64,000 bases of DNA, taken from NCBI GenBank assembly GCA_039799905.1, contig JBDLRP010000039.1:32001-96000 (forward strand). Reading direction: 5' to 3'. Each line of letters starts with the position of its first letter. The stretch's first letter is position 1. Below the pieces are notes generated by a model. That model was not told where the DNA came from. It did not search any database and was given only the letters and a program-made list of their open reading frames with translations. This document shows, piece by piece, positions 1-8,311 of the stretch. This DNA comes from Pseudomonadota bacterium (GTDB taxonomy: Bacteria > Bdellovibrionota_B > Oligoflexia > Silvanigrellales > Silvanigrellaceae). The position numbers and the translations under genes are program-made.

Positions 1-764
1 TTCGAGAGCTCTTTTTGCTCAAGGGCCAGCTGGCTTGCGGCCATGAAATACTCGTAGTCGCCTGTGTAGAATTGAATCGTGTTGCGGTCGATGTCGGCGA
101 TGTGGGTGCAGGTCGAATTGATGAAGTGACGATCGTGCGACACGATGAGCGTGATTCCCTGCCGCTGGCGGATAGTGTTTTCAAGCCAGCGGATGCTGTG
201 CACGTCGAGGTTGTTGGTCGGCTCGTCGAGAAGCAGAATGTCGGGCTTGGGGAACAAACACTGCGCAAGAAGAACTCGCACTTTGTAGCCGCCGGCGAGC
301 GTCTTCATTTTATCTTCATGAACAGATGCCGGAATGCCAAGACCTTCGAGCAACTGTGCAGCGCGCACGTCGGCGTCATAGCCGTCCTGCTCGGCTACCA
401 CCATTTCAAGCTCGCCGAGCCTGTCGTTTTCAGCATCGGTGAAGGTGGCTCGGTTGTAGATTTCTTCCTTCTCCCGCATCGCTTCCCACAGCTCGCGGTT
501 GCCCATGATGACTGTGTTCATGATGGTTTGGTCGTCGTATTCAAAGTGGTCCTGCTTAAGGAAGCCAAGGCGCAGGTCCTTGCCAAGCGTGACCTCGCCC
601 GTGTCCGGCTCGATTAGACCGGCGAGGATCTTCAAAAACGTGGATTTGCCGGCGCCATTGGCTCCGATAATTCCGTAGGTGCAGCCCATGTTGAAGCGTG
701 CGTTGATATTCTCAAAAAGGACCTTGGCGCCAAAGCGCATGGTCAGGTTGCTCAGCTGGATCAT
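1..764 (-). CDS. ABC-F family ATP-binding protein (YbiT/EttA-like), 3' end runs off the window
   Basis: Not in the ORF track. Manual translation from ATG at 764 gives MIQLSNLTMRFGAKVLFENINARFNMGCTYGIIGANGAGKST (Walker A), then AGGYKVRVLLAQ, LLLDEPTNNLD and LIVSHDRHF, all ABC-F hallmarks. No TM segments. Confidence 0.93.
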   Translation of the reverse strand, partial: MIQLSNLTMRFGAKVLFENINARFNMGCTYGIIGANGAGKSTFLKILAGLIEPDTGEVTLGKDLRLGFLKQDHFEYDDQTIMNTVIMGNRELWEAMREKEEIYNRATFTDAENDRLGELEMVVAEQDGYDADVRAAQLLEGLGIPASVHEDKMKTLAGGYKVRVLLAQCLFPKPDILLLDEPTNNLDVHSIRWLENTIRQRQGITLIVSHDRHFINSTCTHIADIDRNTIQFYTGDYEYFMAASQLALEQKELS

Positions 765-928
765 GTGGGGTCCCGTCTCTCTGCGAGTGCCGAAATGCAG
801 AAGTAGCCTATGACAAGCATCCGAACCGGAGGCAAGCCCCTTTTCGGAAGTGCGGCAGGATAACCCGACTGGAGGCCGAGTCAAAAGGCGGGAAGCGGGA
901 CGGGAAGGGAGTTCGAGGCGGAGTGGTA

Positions 929-1714
929 TCAGTCATTTTGCTCGAAAATCAGCTGAAAATTGAGTTCCAAACCACCATCCTCGGCACCGCTGAATCCGCC
1001 CACGTGAATTCCGACAAACTCTCCGTCCTGATTGAATACAGGACCACCCGAGCTTCCGCCGCCCGCCGACATGTCCGAGACAATGGCCCCCCGCCATTCA
1101 ATTCCCAAGGTATCCAGCGAGGACTGGGCGTCGTCGTCTGTGACAAAGCCCAAAGACGTCTGCAAATCGTTCTGAAAAATCTGCGGGTAGGACAACAGGA
1201 CCAGCATGTCGCCGACCAGCGGTTTTTTCTCCCTGACCATTGGCACTATGGGAATCTCTCGCGAAAAACTGAGCCCTCTGACGTAACCGACGTCGCGACC
1301 CGAAGGGCTGCGGCTGAGCTGGCCTCCGACGGCGACCTGCACACCATCGGACCTCACAACACATGATGTTGCGCCATCAATAACGTGAAATGCAGTGACG
1401 ACCGTATCAGCGGAAATTCGCGTGCCCGACCCACTCGCGCCATTGCACAAAAGATTCACGACTCCAGCTTTGAATGCCTTTACGTTGTTCAGCATCCGCT
1501 GAGTTGCAGCCCTGAAGCTTTCTCCCTGCGGACCAGCCGGACCAGCAGCACCGGTTTGACCGGCCGGCCCCGCGGGTCCGACGCTGCCGGAATTCCCAGC
1601 TCCGCCCGAAGTTGCACCTGAGTCGGGAAAAAGCGCGGAGTCTTGGGACCCGCAACCCGCAGCCAAAAGAACAAGCACGCATGAAAAAAGTAGGCGGACA
1701 CGCAAACAGCTCAT
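929..1714 (-). CDS. Lipoprotein with collagen-like Gly-X-Y stalk and trypsin-like (S1) serine protease domain
   Basis: Lipobox LAAG-C; ten consecutive G-X-Y triplets (aa 37-66); catalytic motifs TAFHV, RDVG and GGSSGGPVFNQDGEFVGIH. Confidence 0.88.
   Translation of the reverse strand: MSCLRVRLLFSCVLVLLAAGCGSQDSALFPDSGATSGGAGNSGSVGPAGPAGQTGAAGPAGPQGESFRAATQRMLNNVKAFKAGVVNLLCNGASGSGTRISADTVVTAFHVIDGATSCVVRSDGVQVAVGGQLSRSPSGRDVGYVRGLSFSREIPIVPMVREKKPLVGDMLVLLSYPQIFQNDLQTSLGFVTDDDAQSSLDTLGIEWRGAIVSDMSAGGGSSGGPVFNQDGEFVGIHVGGFSGAEDGGLELNFQLIFEQND
1517..1606 (-). repeat. Collagen-like (Gly-X-Y)10 coding repeat
   Basis: GGA GNS GSV GPA GPA GQT GAA GPA GPQ GES in the 929..1714 protein. Confidence 0.8.
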
Positions 1715-1732
1715 AACGTGCCTCCGTCAGGC

Positions 1733-2434
1733 TTAGAGAGGCTCTTCAGACAGCGGATACGCCTGCTCGGGATAATCTGTGAAGTTACCATTCACATCAT
1801 GAGCGACCTTTACGACGGGCGTGGCTGAAGAGAAATCAACCTTGAACCTCAAACGCTCATTACTGCCAGTCGAAATCTTGAAGATTCTCTCAGTCTGAGT
1901 TCTGGAGTTACTAATGACACCTGAATGCGTAAAGTCAACAGAATAAAAATTATCTCCAGGCCCCGAAGAAGTTAATGTGGATGTAAAGTAGTGGCCGGAA
2001 AACGAAAACCAGCTACTCCCGTTGGCATATTTCACAACTTCAATATCGCCGATTTTGATTATCACCTCTTCAGTCTCAGATACATCTGGCTCACCAACGA
2101 ATGAATCAACATGAAAATTCCATCGCCCGACAATTTCAAATGAATCCTTAGGAAGTATGTCCGCAGCCGCCCATGCACTGTTTTCACAAACGTAGAATTT
2201 CTTTTCAGCCCTAACGTATCCCAGCGATCCAGTGCGTGCGTCGTTGCATGTCGGAAGAGCCGACACCGAAGCCACAGAAAACGAAACTGGAGAGGTACTG
2301 TCCGTTTGGACGCTTCCTGCAGGTGTCTGTCCATTCGGGGCAGCTGGATTTTCTCCGCCGTTGAAGTCAGCGCTTCCACAGGCTGAAACAACGAGCAACA
2401 AAGAGACCAATGAAAAACAATTATATGCATTCAT
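1733..2434 (-). CDS. Hypothetical lipoprotein with small Cys-Gly-Cys-Trp module and beta-rich C-terminus
   Basis: Lipobox VSA-C; motif LPTCNDARTGSLGYVRAEKKFYVCENSAW; RBS GAGGA upstream. Confidence 0.75.
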   Translation of the reverse strand: MNAYNCFSLVSLLLVVSACGSADFNGGENPAAPNGQTPAGSVQTDSTSPVSFSVASVSALPTCNDARTGSLGYVRAEKKFYVCENSAWAAADILPKDSFEIVGRWNFHVDSFVGEPDVSETEEVIIKIGDIEVVKYANGSSWFSFSGHYFTSTLTSSGPGDNFYSVDFTHSGVISNSRTQTERIFKISTGSNERLRFKVDFSSATPVVKVAHDVNGNFTDYPEQAYPLSEEPL

Positions 2435-2441
2435 AAAATCC

Positions 2442-2912
2442 TCACTTTCTATCCCTGTTCATCTGCTGCTTCATCTTCTCCAATTCAATCTTTTCCCGTT
2501 CGAGCTCCAACCTCATTTTCTCTATTTCCAATCTTTTTACCTCAGTCGCGGCTGACTCGCGTTGTTCATTTTCATCAGACTGCCGCGAGCCTTCGGTGGC
2601 CAAGTAATTTTTAAGCTCGACACAAGTGTCCGCATCTTCTCTTCCTTCAGAACTTGACCATGTGAGAAGTGAACCGATCACCACATCGAGAAGTGATGCT
2701 GGATTGCCAAAAGCAACGCCCACAATGCCCCAGCCAATTAGAACTCCACCACCGATGGCATCTAAGGTCGGCGCGGCTTTCGAACTTGTGCAGGAGGTGT
2801 ACTCAAGTTGAGGCCACATGTAACGAGGTTCCGGTGACCTCATCAACGTGCTGCAGCCGAATGTCAGTGTATTGAATGAGAGAAGAATGAGAACGAAGAG
2901 GCGGCGGATCAT
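2442..2912 (-). CDS. Hypothetical lipoprotein/membrane protein with Gly-rich hydrophobic hairpin and C-terminal coiled coil
   Basis: Signal ending TFG-C; LDAIGGGVLIGWGIVGVAFG segment; E/K/R-rich heptads; ATGA overlap with the XRE gene. Confidence 0.7.
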   Translation of the reverse strand: MIRRLFVLILLSFNTLTFGCSTLMRSPEPRYMWPQLEYTSCTSSKAAPTLDAIGGGVLIGWGIVGVAFGNPASLLDVVIGSLLTWSSSEGREDADTCVELKNYLATEGSRQSDENEQRESAATEVKRLEIEKMRLELEREKIELEKMKQQMNRDRK

Positions 2913-3241
2913 GTCTTTTCACTCCTCACTGCAATGACATCGGCCGCATCTAAAGCGGCACTAACGTCATCAATTGTTTCAAGCTTCAAACGAAGAAAAA
3001 CCTCAAACGACTTGCGCTTCTGAGTTTGAGCCTCGGGATGAGTATCATCGCCGAAAATCAGGTATTCAAAAGTCACTCCAAAGTGGTGTGCAACTTTCCG
3101 GACATCGGACAATGACCTAGGTGCGGAACCTGCAAGCCATGTTTTCAGCGTTCCCTCGGGAATCGAGGCCTCGTCTGAAAGACGTTTTGTCGTCATATCT
3201 CTCTGACGCATGAGTTTTCTCAGGTTCGCTGCAAGACGCAT
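2909..3241 (-). CDS. XRE/Cro-C1 family helix-turn-helix transcriptional regulator
   Basis: NLRKLMRQRDMTTKRLSDEASIPEGTLKTWLAGSAP...VRKVAHHFGVTFEYLIFG is a classic HTH_3 pattern; RBS GGAGG. Confidence 0.9.
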   Translation of the reverse strand: MRLAANLRKLMRQRDMTTKRLSDEASIPEGTLKTWLAGSAPRSLSDVRKVAHHFGVTFEYLIFGDDTHPEAQTQKRKSFEVFLRLKLETIDDVSAALDAADVIAVRSEKT

Positions 3242-3437
3242 TCCCGGTCTCCTCCAGTGGTGGTTGCTTCGGATAGAAATATTGTTCCTGTAACGAAAGA
3301 CTCATAATCGACAAATATGGATTGATCAAAAACCAAAACCTATTCTCTCAATTCCTGCCGTCTTCCAGAAACGATCGAAAAATCCTTAGTATTTGAGACA
3401 CAGAGGTTTTCTTAGTAAAAAGGACCTTCTGGATTGA

Positions 3438-3476
3438 ACTGAAACTTTCAAAGACGGCACTGAAACTAAAGTTCAG
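3438..3476. promoter_or_regulatory. Candidate operator between divergent genes
   Basis: ACTGAAACT at 3438 and 3459 (21-bp period); the second copy lies in the imperfect palindrome CTGAA-N7-TTCAG. Confidence 0.35.
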
Positions 3477-3553
3477 ATGGGCTCTGTAGAGAACCGACTC
3501 TAGCTTCAATAGAAGCGAAAATCCGCCAGGTACAACGTCAGAGGATTGATCAA

Positions 3554-4150
3554 ATGAAAAGTAGAGTGGTTATGAAGGCTCTTCCAATGACTTTGAGTGC
3601 GCTAGCGCTGGTGACAACCGCCTGTGGAAACGCACTCACGAGCGGCATCCTGACCTCAGACAACAACACGGGTAGCGACTCCGGCTCCGGCAGTCAGGAT
3701 TGGACTCAGGCCGGCAGCGCAGCGACAGTGAGAAGCGGCAACTACAGCTTTGTCTACACGGACCCAACTTTCCGCTGCACGGATGGTGCCTCGGGAGTTG
3801 GCCAGGGTGGCGCAATGCAAATGGCAGTCGACGTCAGCGGGGGCTATTTAACAATGCGGCAAAATGCAGTCTCGGCGAGTTCATCGCAACAAAAAGCATC
3901 AACGACCGGCACCCGAGTTATATCCTCAAGTGACCCGACCGGTCCGGTTAGCGCAACCGGTGCTTTTGTTGCGACGAGTTCGACTTTGTTTGACGACGCA
4001 AAATACGGTTACATCAGGACCACTTACAAAATAGATGGAAGATTCTCCGGCAACTCTTGGAGCGGCAAATACGAATTTCAGGCTTTCTTTGAAGACATGG
4101 ACGTGAGTTGCACCTATTCCTCGACCTTCACAGGATCCCTTACACTTTGA
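3554..4150 (+). CDS. Hypothetical beta-rich lipoprotein
   Basis: Lipobox TTA-C, Ser/Gly linker, two further Cys, alternating beta pattern; RBS GAGGA. Confidence 0.8.
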   Translation: MKSRVVMKALPMTLSALALVTTACGNALTSGILTSDNNTGSDSGSGSQDWTQAGSAATVRSGNYSFVYTDPTFRCTDGASGVGQGGAMQMAVDVSGGYLTMRQNAVSASSSQQKASTTGTRVISSSDPTGPVSATGAFVATSSTLFDDAKYGYIRTTYKIDGRFSGNSWSGKYEFQAFFEDMDVSCTYSSTFTGSLTL

Positions 4151-4181
4151 TGTAGTGAACCCCAATAAAGCTTCTCATGCG

Positions 4182-5102
4182 CTAAGCCGATAAAACCTTA
4201 AAAACATTCTCCCGATGCCATTTTAGGTACTCCGCTGCAGGGCGAGCCTCCTCGTCGGCAGGAACCTGAGCCAGCGACACCCCTGTTCGAATTTGATGAG
4301 ATTCATGACTCCAGCTGTTGGCGAGTCGGGAGACTTCGATTGTTTGATCGTGGTGGATAGTGAATATGCCAAGGTCGAATAGCTTATGATGCTGATAGCA
4401 GAGCGCCAAACCGTTGTTCACTTCACCAGGTCCACCCATGGCATGCCAGCGGATGTGCGCTGCCTCGACACCAATTTTCTTGTCGGCAAGGCTCAGACCA
4501 AAGCCACACAAAGCACACCGGTACTGGTAAGCAATGAGGACCTCTTGCCTGAACGACGCTGGTCGTGGGGCCTTGCTCACCTGCCAAGTGACAACCGTTG
4601 GGGCGCGCAGGGTTGCAGGGGCTGCATCTGCGAGCACAGTGAGTATTTCTTCAAAAATGGACTCGGGAAAATGTTTCGCGAGGATGTGATTGACGAGCCG
4701 CTCCGCGCACTGAGGGTTCTTTCTGAGGAATTGATAATCAGCCTTTGGAAAAGCCCCCCAAATACCTTCACGCCGTAAGAATGCTGCCGATGGCTCTATG
4801 TCGAAGGCGATATCCTCTTTCTTGCCTTGTCCCAGGATCCAGAGGTCGTCGTTCTTCAGGTAGAAAAAAGGAAATTCGGGGCGTGGCTTCCTGTTCCCAG
4901 CGATCTCCAACAGACTTCGCAGGCGGGCCTCTTCTTCAGCGAAAAGAATCTCACGTCTTGAACCGGCGGCAGCTTTGGTCAAGGCGAGAAGCAAAAGCAA
5001 TGGTTTGTGAGGCGCCCTGAGCCCATTGGCCGAGAATTGGCCAATAGCATCTATTCTTTGAATGAGGTCCTGCTCGTGTTCTGCTGCATTCATAGTTTGC
5101 AC
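4182..5102 (-). CDS. SBD-HNH type IV restriction endonuclease (phosphorothioated-DNA reader); probable start ATG 5093
   Basis: N-terminal sulfur-binding-domain motifs APHKPLLLL and PFFYLKNDDLW; C-terminal HNH FRQEVLIAYQYRCALCG...EAAHIRWH...NNGLALCYQHHKLFD...YLKWHRENVF. Confidence 0.85.
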   Translation of the reverse strand: MQTMNAAEHEQDLIQRIDAIGQFSANGLRAPHKPLLLLLALTKAAAGSRREILFAEEEARLRSLLEIAGNRKPRPEFPFFYLKNDDLWILGQGKKEDIAFDIEPSAAFLRREGIWGAFPKADYQFLRKNPQCAERLVNHILAKHFPESIFEEILTVLADAAPATLRAPTVVTWQVSKAPRPASFRQEVLIAYQYRCALCGFGLSLADKKIGVEAAHIRWHAMGGPGEVNNGLALCYQHHKLFDLGIFTIHHDQTIEVSRLANSWSHESHQIRTGVSLAQVPADEEARPAAEYLKWHRENVFKVLSA

Positions 5103-5358
5103 TCAATTTATTTTTCTCGATCGTAACAGCAAAAGAGCAAGAGTGGGAGGCGGGGCAAAATACTGTGAAGAAAACGAGTCTTACAGGGAGTAAAATGTCA
5201 AATACGAAATCATCAGCGACGGCTTTGCAAAGCCTTTTGGCGAGTACTTTTTGATTTAGGAGACGTCGGTCTTGCTCATGTCGAATTCACGGAGTTTTGT
5301 CTTCTGTTCGGTTGCACTCTTACAGCAAACAGTCGAAGCGATTCTTAGCCAGAGAATT

Positions 5359-5376
5359 TTCGATCAATTGATCGAA
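5359..5376. repeat. Perfect 18-bp palindrome TTCGATCAATTGATCGAA
   Basis: Read directly in the spacer between rpn and the SBD-HNH gene. Confidence 0.7.
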
Positions 5377-5407
5377 TTTCGGAAGCTATTCGATTTTTAC
5401 CTTGAGC

Positions 5408-5674
5408 CTATAAAAGCTTTTCGAGTTCCTCAGTGCTCAGTTTGAGCACCCGACAGACAACCGCCTTCTCTATTCCTTCGGCGATCATTGCGCGGGCAAC
5501 AGCAATTTTATGCTCTTCACGCCCTTCCTCACGCCCTTCCTCGCGGCCCCTCTTTAATGCTCCGCCCATTTCCAAGGCATGTGCGACACGCGCTTCATCG
5601 ATCGCACGCTGCTGCATAGCAAGCTTGTCATCTGCCGAATAACCTTCAACTTTCTTTTTGAGGTCTGAGAACAT
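5408..5674 (-). CDS. Predicted in-frame short isoform (RpnS-like intragenic antitoxin, 88 aa)
   Basis: Internal AGGAG-N8-ATG (GCAGGAGAATTCTCAATG), in frame with Rpn, starting MFSDLKKKVEG. Confidence 0.6.
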   Translation of the reverse strand: MFSDLKKKVEGYSADDKLAMQQRAIDEARVAHALEMGGALKRGREEGREEGREEHKIAVARAMIAEGIEKAVVCRVLKLSTEELEKLL

Positions 5675-6376
5675 TGAGAATTCTCCTGCAACCCGCTCCC
5701 ACACGCCAACCGTCTGGGGCAACATAAAATCGACCCACCCCTGTAATATCGGATCTTCTCCTGAGCCGGAAGAGACGAGTTTGCCCAATTCGATGAAATG
5801 AAGCTTTGGGGATGTCGGATGAAGGATCTCCTTTTCAGCTGCCTGCCCACCCGTCTGGCAAAACTCAAAAGACAAGTGCGCTTGGGACCTTTCACGAAAG
5901 TATTCGCCTTCAATGAGAAATATAACAACGCATTCTGGAAGCAGCTGATAAGGGCTACCGGACTTCACAGACTCTGAGACAAGTCTCGACACGTAATAGA
6001 CCGCGCGCTGCTCCAGCTCCGTCGGCCTGCCACTTTGAATCTCGACGTCGACTATCACGCCATCGGCAGATTTCACGAGCAGATCAAGCCGGACTGCTTT
6101 CTCACCTTCTGCATTTGGAGCAACTTCGGTGTTGAGAAATTCAAGTTCGATGTATGGTCGAGCTGGGTTTAGGATTCTATTGAGCAAATCCAAAAGAGCG
6201 TCGGGAGAATCGGTCATCAACCTCTTAAAAAGGAGGTCGGCCGTTGGACGAATTAAACCCAGAGAATCGAAAACAGCGAGTGCCCGTTGCACAGCCACTG
6301 CAGCTGAAACGGGTGTTTCTGGTCTCATTGAGTTTTCTTCATTGTGTCTGGTCAAAATCGGTTTGTCGTGTGTCAT
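5408..6376 (-). CDS. Rpn family recombination-promoting nuclease / PD-(D/E)XK_2 putative transposase
   Basis: DLLFKRLM, RLDLLVK...VDVEIQ (PD-(D/E)XK variant), QRAVYYVSRL, HFIELGK, GREEGREEGREE repeat and C-terminal IAVARAMIAEG..L.LS.EEL helix bundle. Confidence 0.92.
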   Translation of the reverse strand: MTHDKPILTRHNEENSMRPETPVSAAVAVQRALAVFDSLGLIRPTADLLFKRLMTDSPDALLDLLNRILNPARPYIELEFLNTEVAPNAEGEKAVRLDLLVKSADGVIVDVEIQSGRPTELEQRAVYYVSRLVSESVKSGSPYQLLPECVVIFLIEGEYFRERSQAHLSFEFCQTGGQAAEKEILHPTSPKLHFIELGKLVSSGSGEDPILQGWVDFMLPQTVGVWERVAGEFSMFSDLKKKVEGYSADDKLAMQQRAIDEARVAHALEMGGALKRGREEGREEGREEHKIAVARAMIAEGIEKAVVCRVLKLSTEELEKLL

Positions 6377-6617
6377 CGATCCTGTGCCCTCTCGAAGGTT
6401 GGAGCACGTACGCTGTTATTGCAGGAGTGAATTTTCAAATGGGCTCTGATTTGGACATAAATCTTTGAGCAATAAGTTAATTTCAAGGCAAGTCGCGGGA
6501 TATCCAAGAGGATGCCACTCACCTGACTCTAAAAGAAGCCTCCACTTGCAAGAATTCGAAGATGCGGCAAAGTACAGGGATTTCCACTGCCAAGCTTCAA
6601 GATGACGGGAATCCACG

Positions 6618-7109
6618 ATGACAAATCAATCTAGGCCGGAAAGAAACTATCGAGTTGAACAGTTGCCGCCTGAGAAGACGCACATCGCAAGAAACCTTCT
6701 TCAGGCCTACGAGGCAGAATTTTCGGCAGTCACCAACAAAGTGCCCGATGCGGACGGCGTTTTTCCGTTGGATGTCGAGTTGAGCCTCTATACGGTTTAT
6801 CTCTTGAAAGATGGTGAAGCTCCCATTGGTCTTGCGCTGAAGGGCACGTGTAACGACAGACACGACATTGCAGATTTTTATATCATACCGCGTTATCGCG
6901 GCGAGGGTGCCGGTTTCTTCCTGGCGTCGCATGTCGTGAAAAAATACAAAGGGCTCTGGCAGGCAAGGCAAATCGATGGCTACAGTCAGGGAAGAGGTTT
7001 TGCGATTGGGGCTCTCAAAAAGATTCTCGACGGAGCCAACTTCGAAGAAGAAAAAATCGTCGACCCTTACTGGGGGCCAATCACAATCCAGTATTTTGAA
7101 AGCAAGTAG
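6618..7109 (+). CDS. GNAT family N-acetyltransferase
   Basis: IADFYIIPRYRGEGAG acetyl-CoA-binding motif A, followed by a GLWQARQ strand. Confidence 0.8.
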   Translation: MTNQSRPERNYRVEQLPPEKTHIARNLLQAYEAEFSAVTNKVPDADGVFPLDVELSLYTVYLLKDGEAPIGLALKGTCNDRHDIADFYIIPRYRGEGAGFFLASHVVKKYKGLWQARQIDGYSQGRGFAIGALKKILDGANFEEEKIVDPYWGPITIQYFESK

Positions 7110-7264
7110 GATTTCGGAGAGCTGCAAAGCTTGCTCCTTCACCGCTCTGGGTTTGGTTTCAAAAAACCCCGTCTGATCAGTTCGTCCTCGATGAATTCAA
7201 CCAACGGCGCGGGCCGACATTTGGCTCCCGCCGTTTTCGCCTGTCCGCGTGATTCTCTGAGAAC

Positions 7265-8180
7265 GTGCGCAATCTTGAGATCGTTGACTGTGGAGCCCTG
7301 CGGAAGGTTGGCAATAATCTCCCGGAGCGTGGCTTCGGTGATTGCAAAGATTTCGCATTGCTTTTGGTGAAGATGGCAAGGCAGCTGGGCTACCGTGCCG
7401 ACGTAGCACTGATTCATCGCGGCGAGCCTGAATTCGACCCCACGTCGTTGGCGATGCCCCGTCACTTCAATCATATGCTCACGCGGATCGTGGACGAAAA
7501 CGGAAAAACCCACTGGATCGATCCAACAAACACTTTGCATGACGCGACCCACGTCAACCGCGATATTGCCGACCACCCTGCCCTGATTGTTTCCGAGACG
7601 ACGCGGGAGCTCGCCAGAACACCTGCAGAGTTGCCTGAAATGAATGTTCTTCGTCTGGAATCGGACTTTGAATTTTTGGGAGAAGACAATCTTCTTATGA
7701 ACACGAGTATTCAGGGCTCCGGCGAGTACGCCCGCGAGTTGATTCGCAGTGTCTCCAGAAAGTCGGAATCGCAGAGAAGGGACTTCATACTGAGAATCTT
7801 TTCAGCGGACCGCCCGTTGATCAAGGGAGAGCTCAGCATGGATGAACTGCCTAAAAATTTGCTGAGACCCTTCGAGATGAAGGCACGGGTCGAAATGTAA
7901 GACAGTCCGACACAGACCACAGGTGGAATGGTGATATCCGTTTCAAATGAAGTCGACAGGGAGTCTTCCGGACAACTGTTCAGTTGATTCACAGTGGATG
8001 AGTGCCGAGAGAAAATACTCGTCCGAGGGAGGCAATATTTCGATTGAATCCATCACGACGGTAAAACAGCCATTCATCAGCAATCAGGAACTGAAGTCTG
8101 CAGCATTTGACACTTTCCGCAAAGAGCTGCGCAGGTGTTTGCCGGAAAAATTGATCATCTACAAGAAAAAGGCCGACTGA
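7265..8180 (+). pseudogene. Disrupted transglutaminase-like (DUF3857-associated) protein
   Basis: Core GFGDCKDFALLL, HFNHML and WIDPT present. N-terminus absent (in-frame TGA at 7250), TAA at 7898-7900, and a plausible C-terminus in another frame at 7947..8180. Confidence 0.7.
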
Positions 8181-8218
8181 GGGGTTTGCAGTTTTCGCTC
8201 CGCCCCAACCCGCACACC

Positions 8219-8254
8219 AAAAAAAAGACGGGCCAGCATCCTGCCGGCCCGCCC
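8219..8254 (-). terminator. Rho-independent terminator of flagellin
   Basis: Minus strand GGCGGGCCGGCA-GGA-TGCTGGCCCGTC followed by T8; an extra 9-bp hairpin lies at 8280-8303. Confidence 0.85.
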
Positions 8255-8311
8255 ATGTGGAAGGAGATAACTTTAAAGCGCATCCGGTTTTTACACCGGA
8301 TGCAAAGCCGC

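Noticed and set aside
15..617. 200-aa plus-strand ORF
   Set aside because: Antisense shadow of the ABC-F gene on the minus strand, which has all the family motifs.
5408..6376. Insertion sequence
   Set aside because: No terminal inverted repeats or target duplication seen, and Rpn proteins are not established as true transposases.
929..8180. Prophage or integrative element
   Set aside because: No integrase, structural genes, tRNA or att repeats detected; only an XRE regulator.
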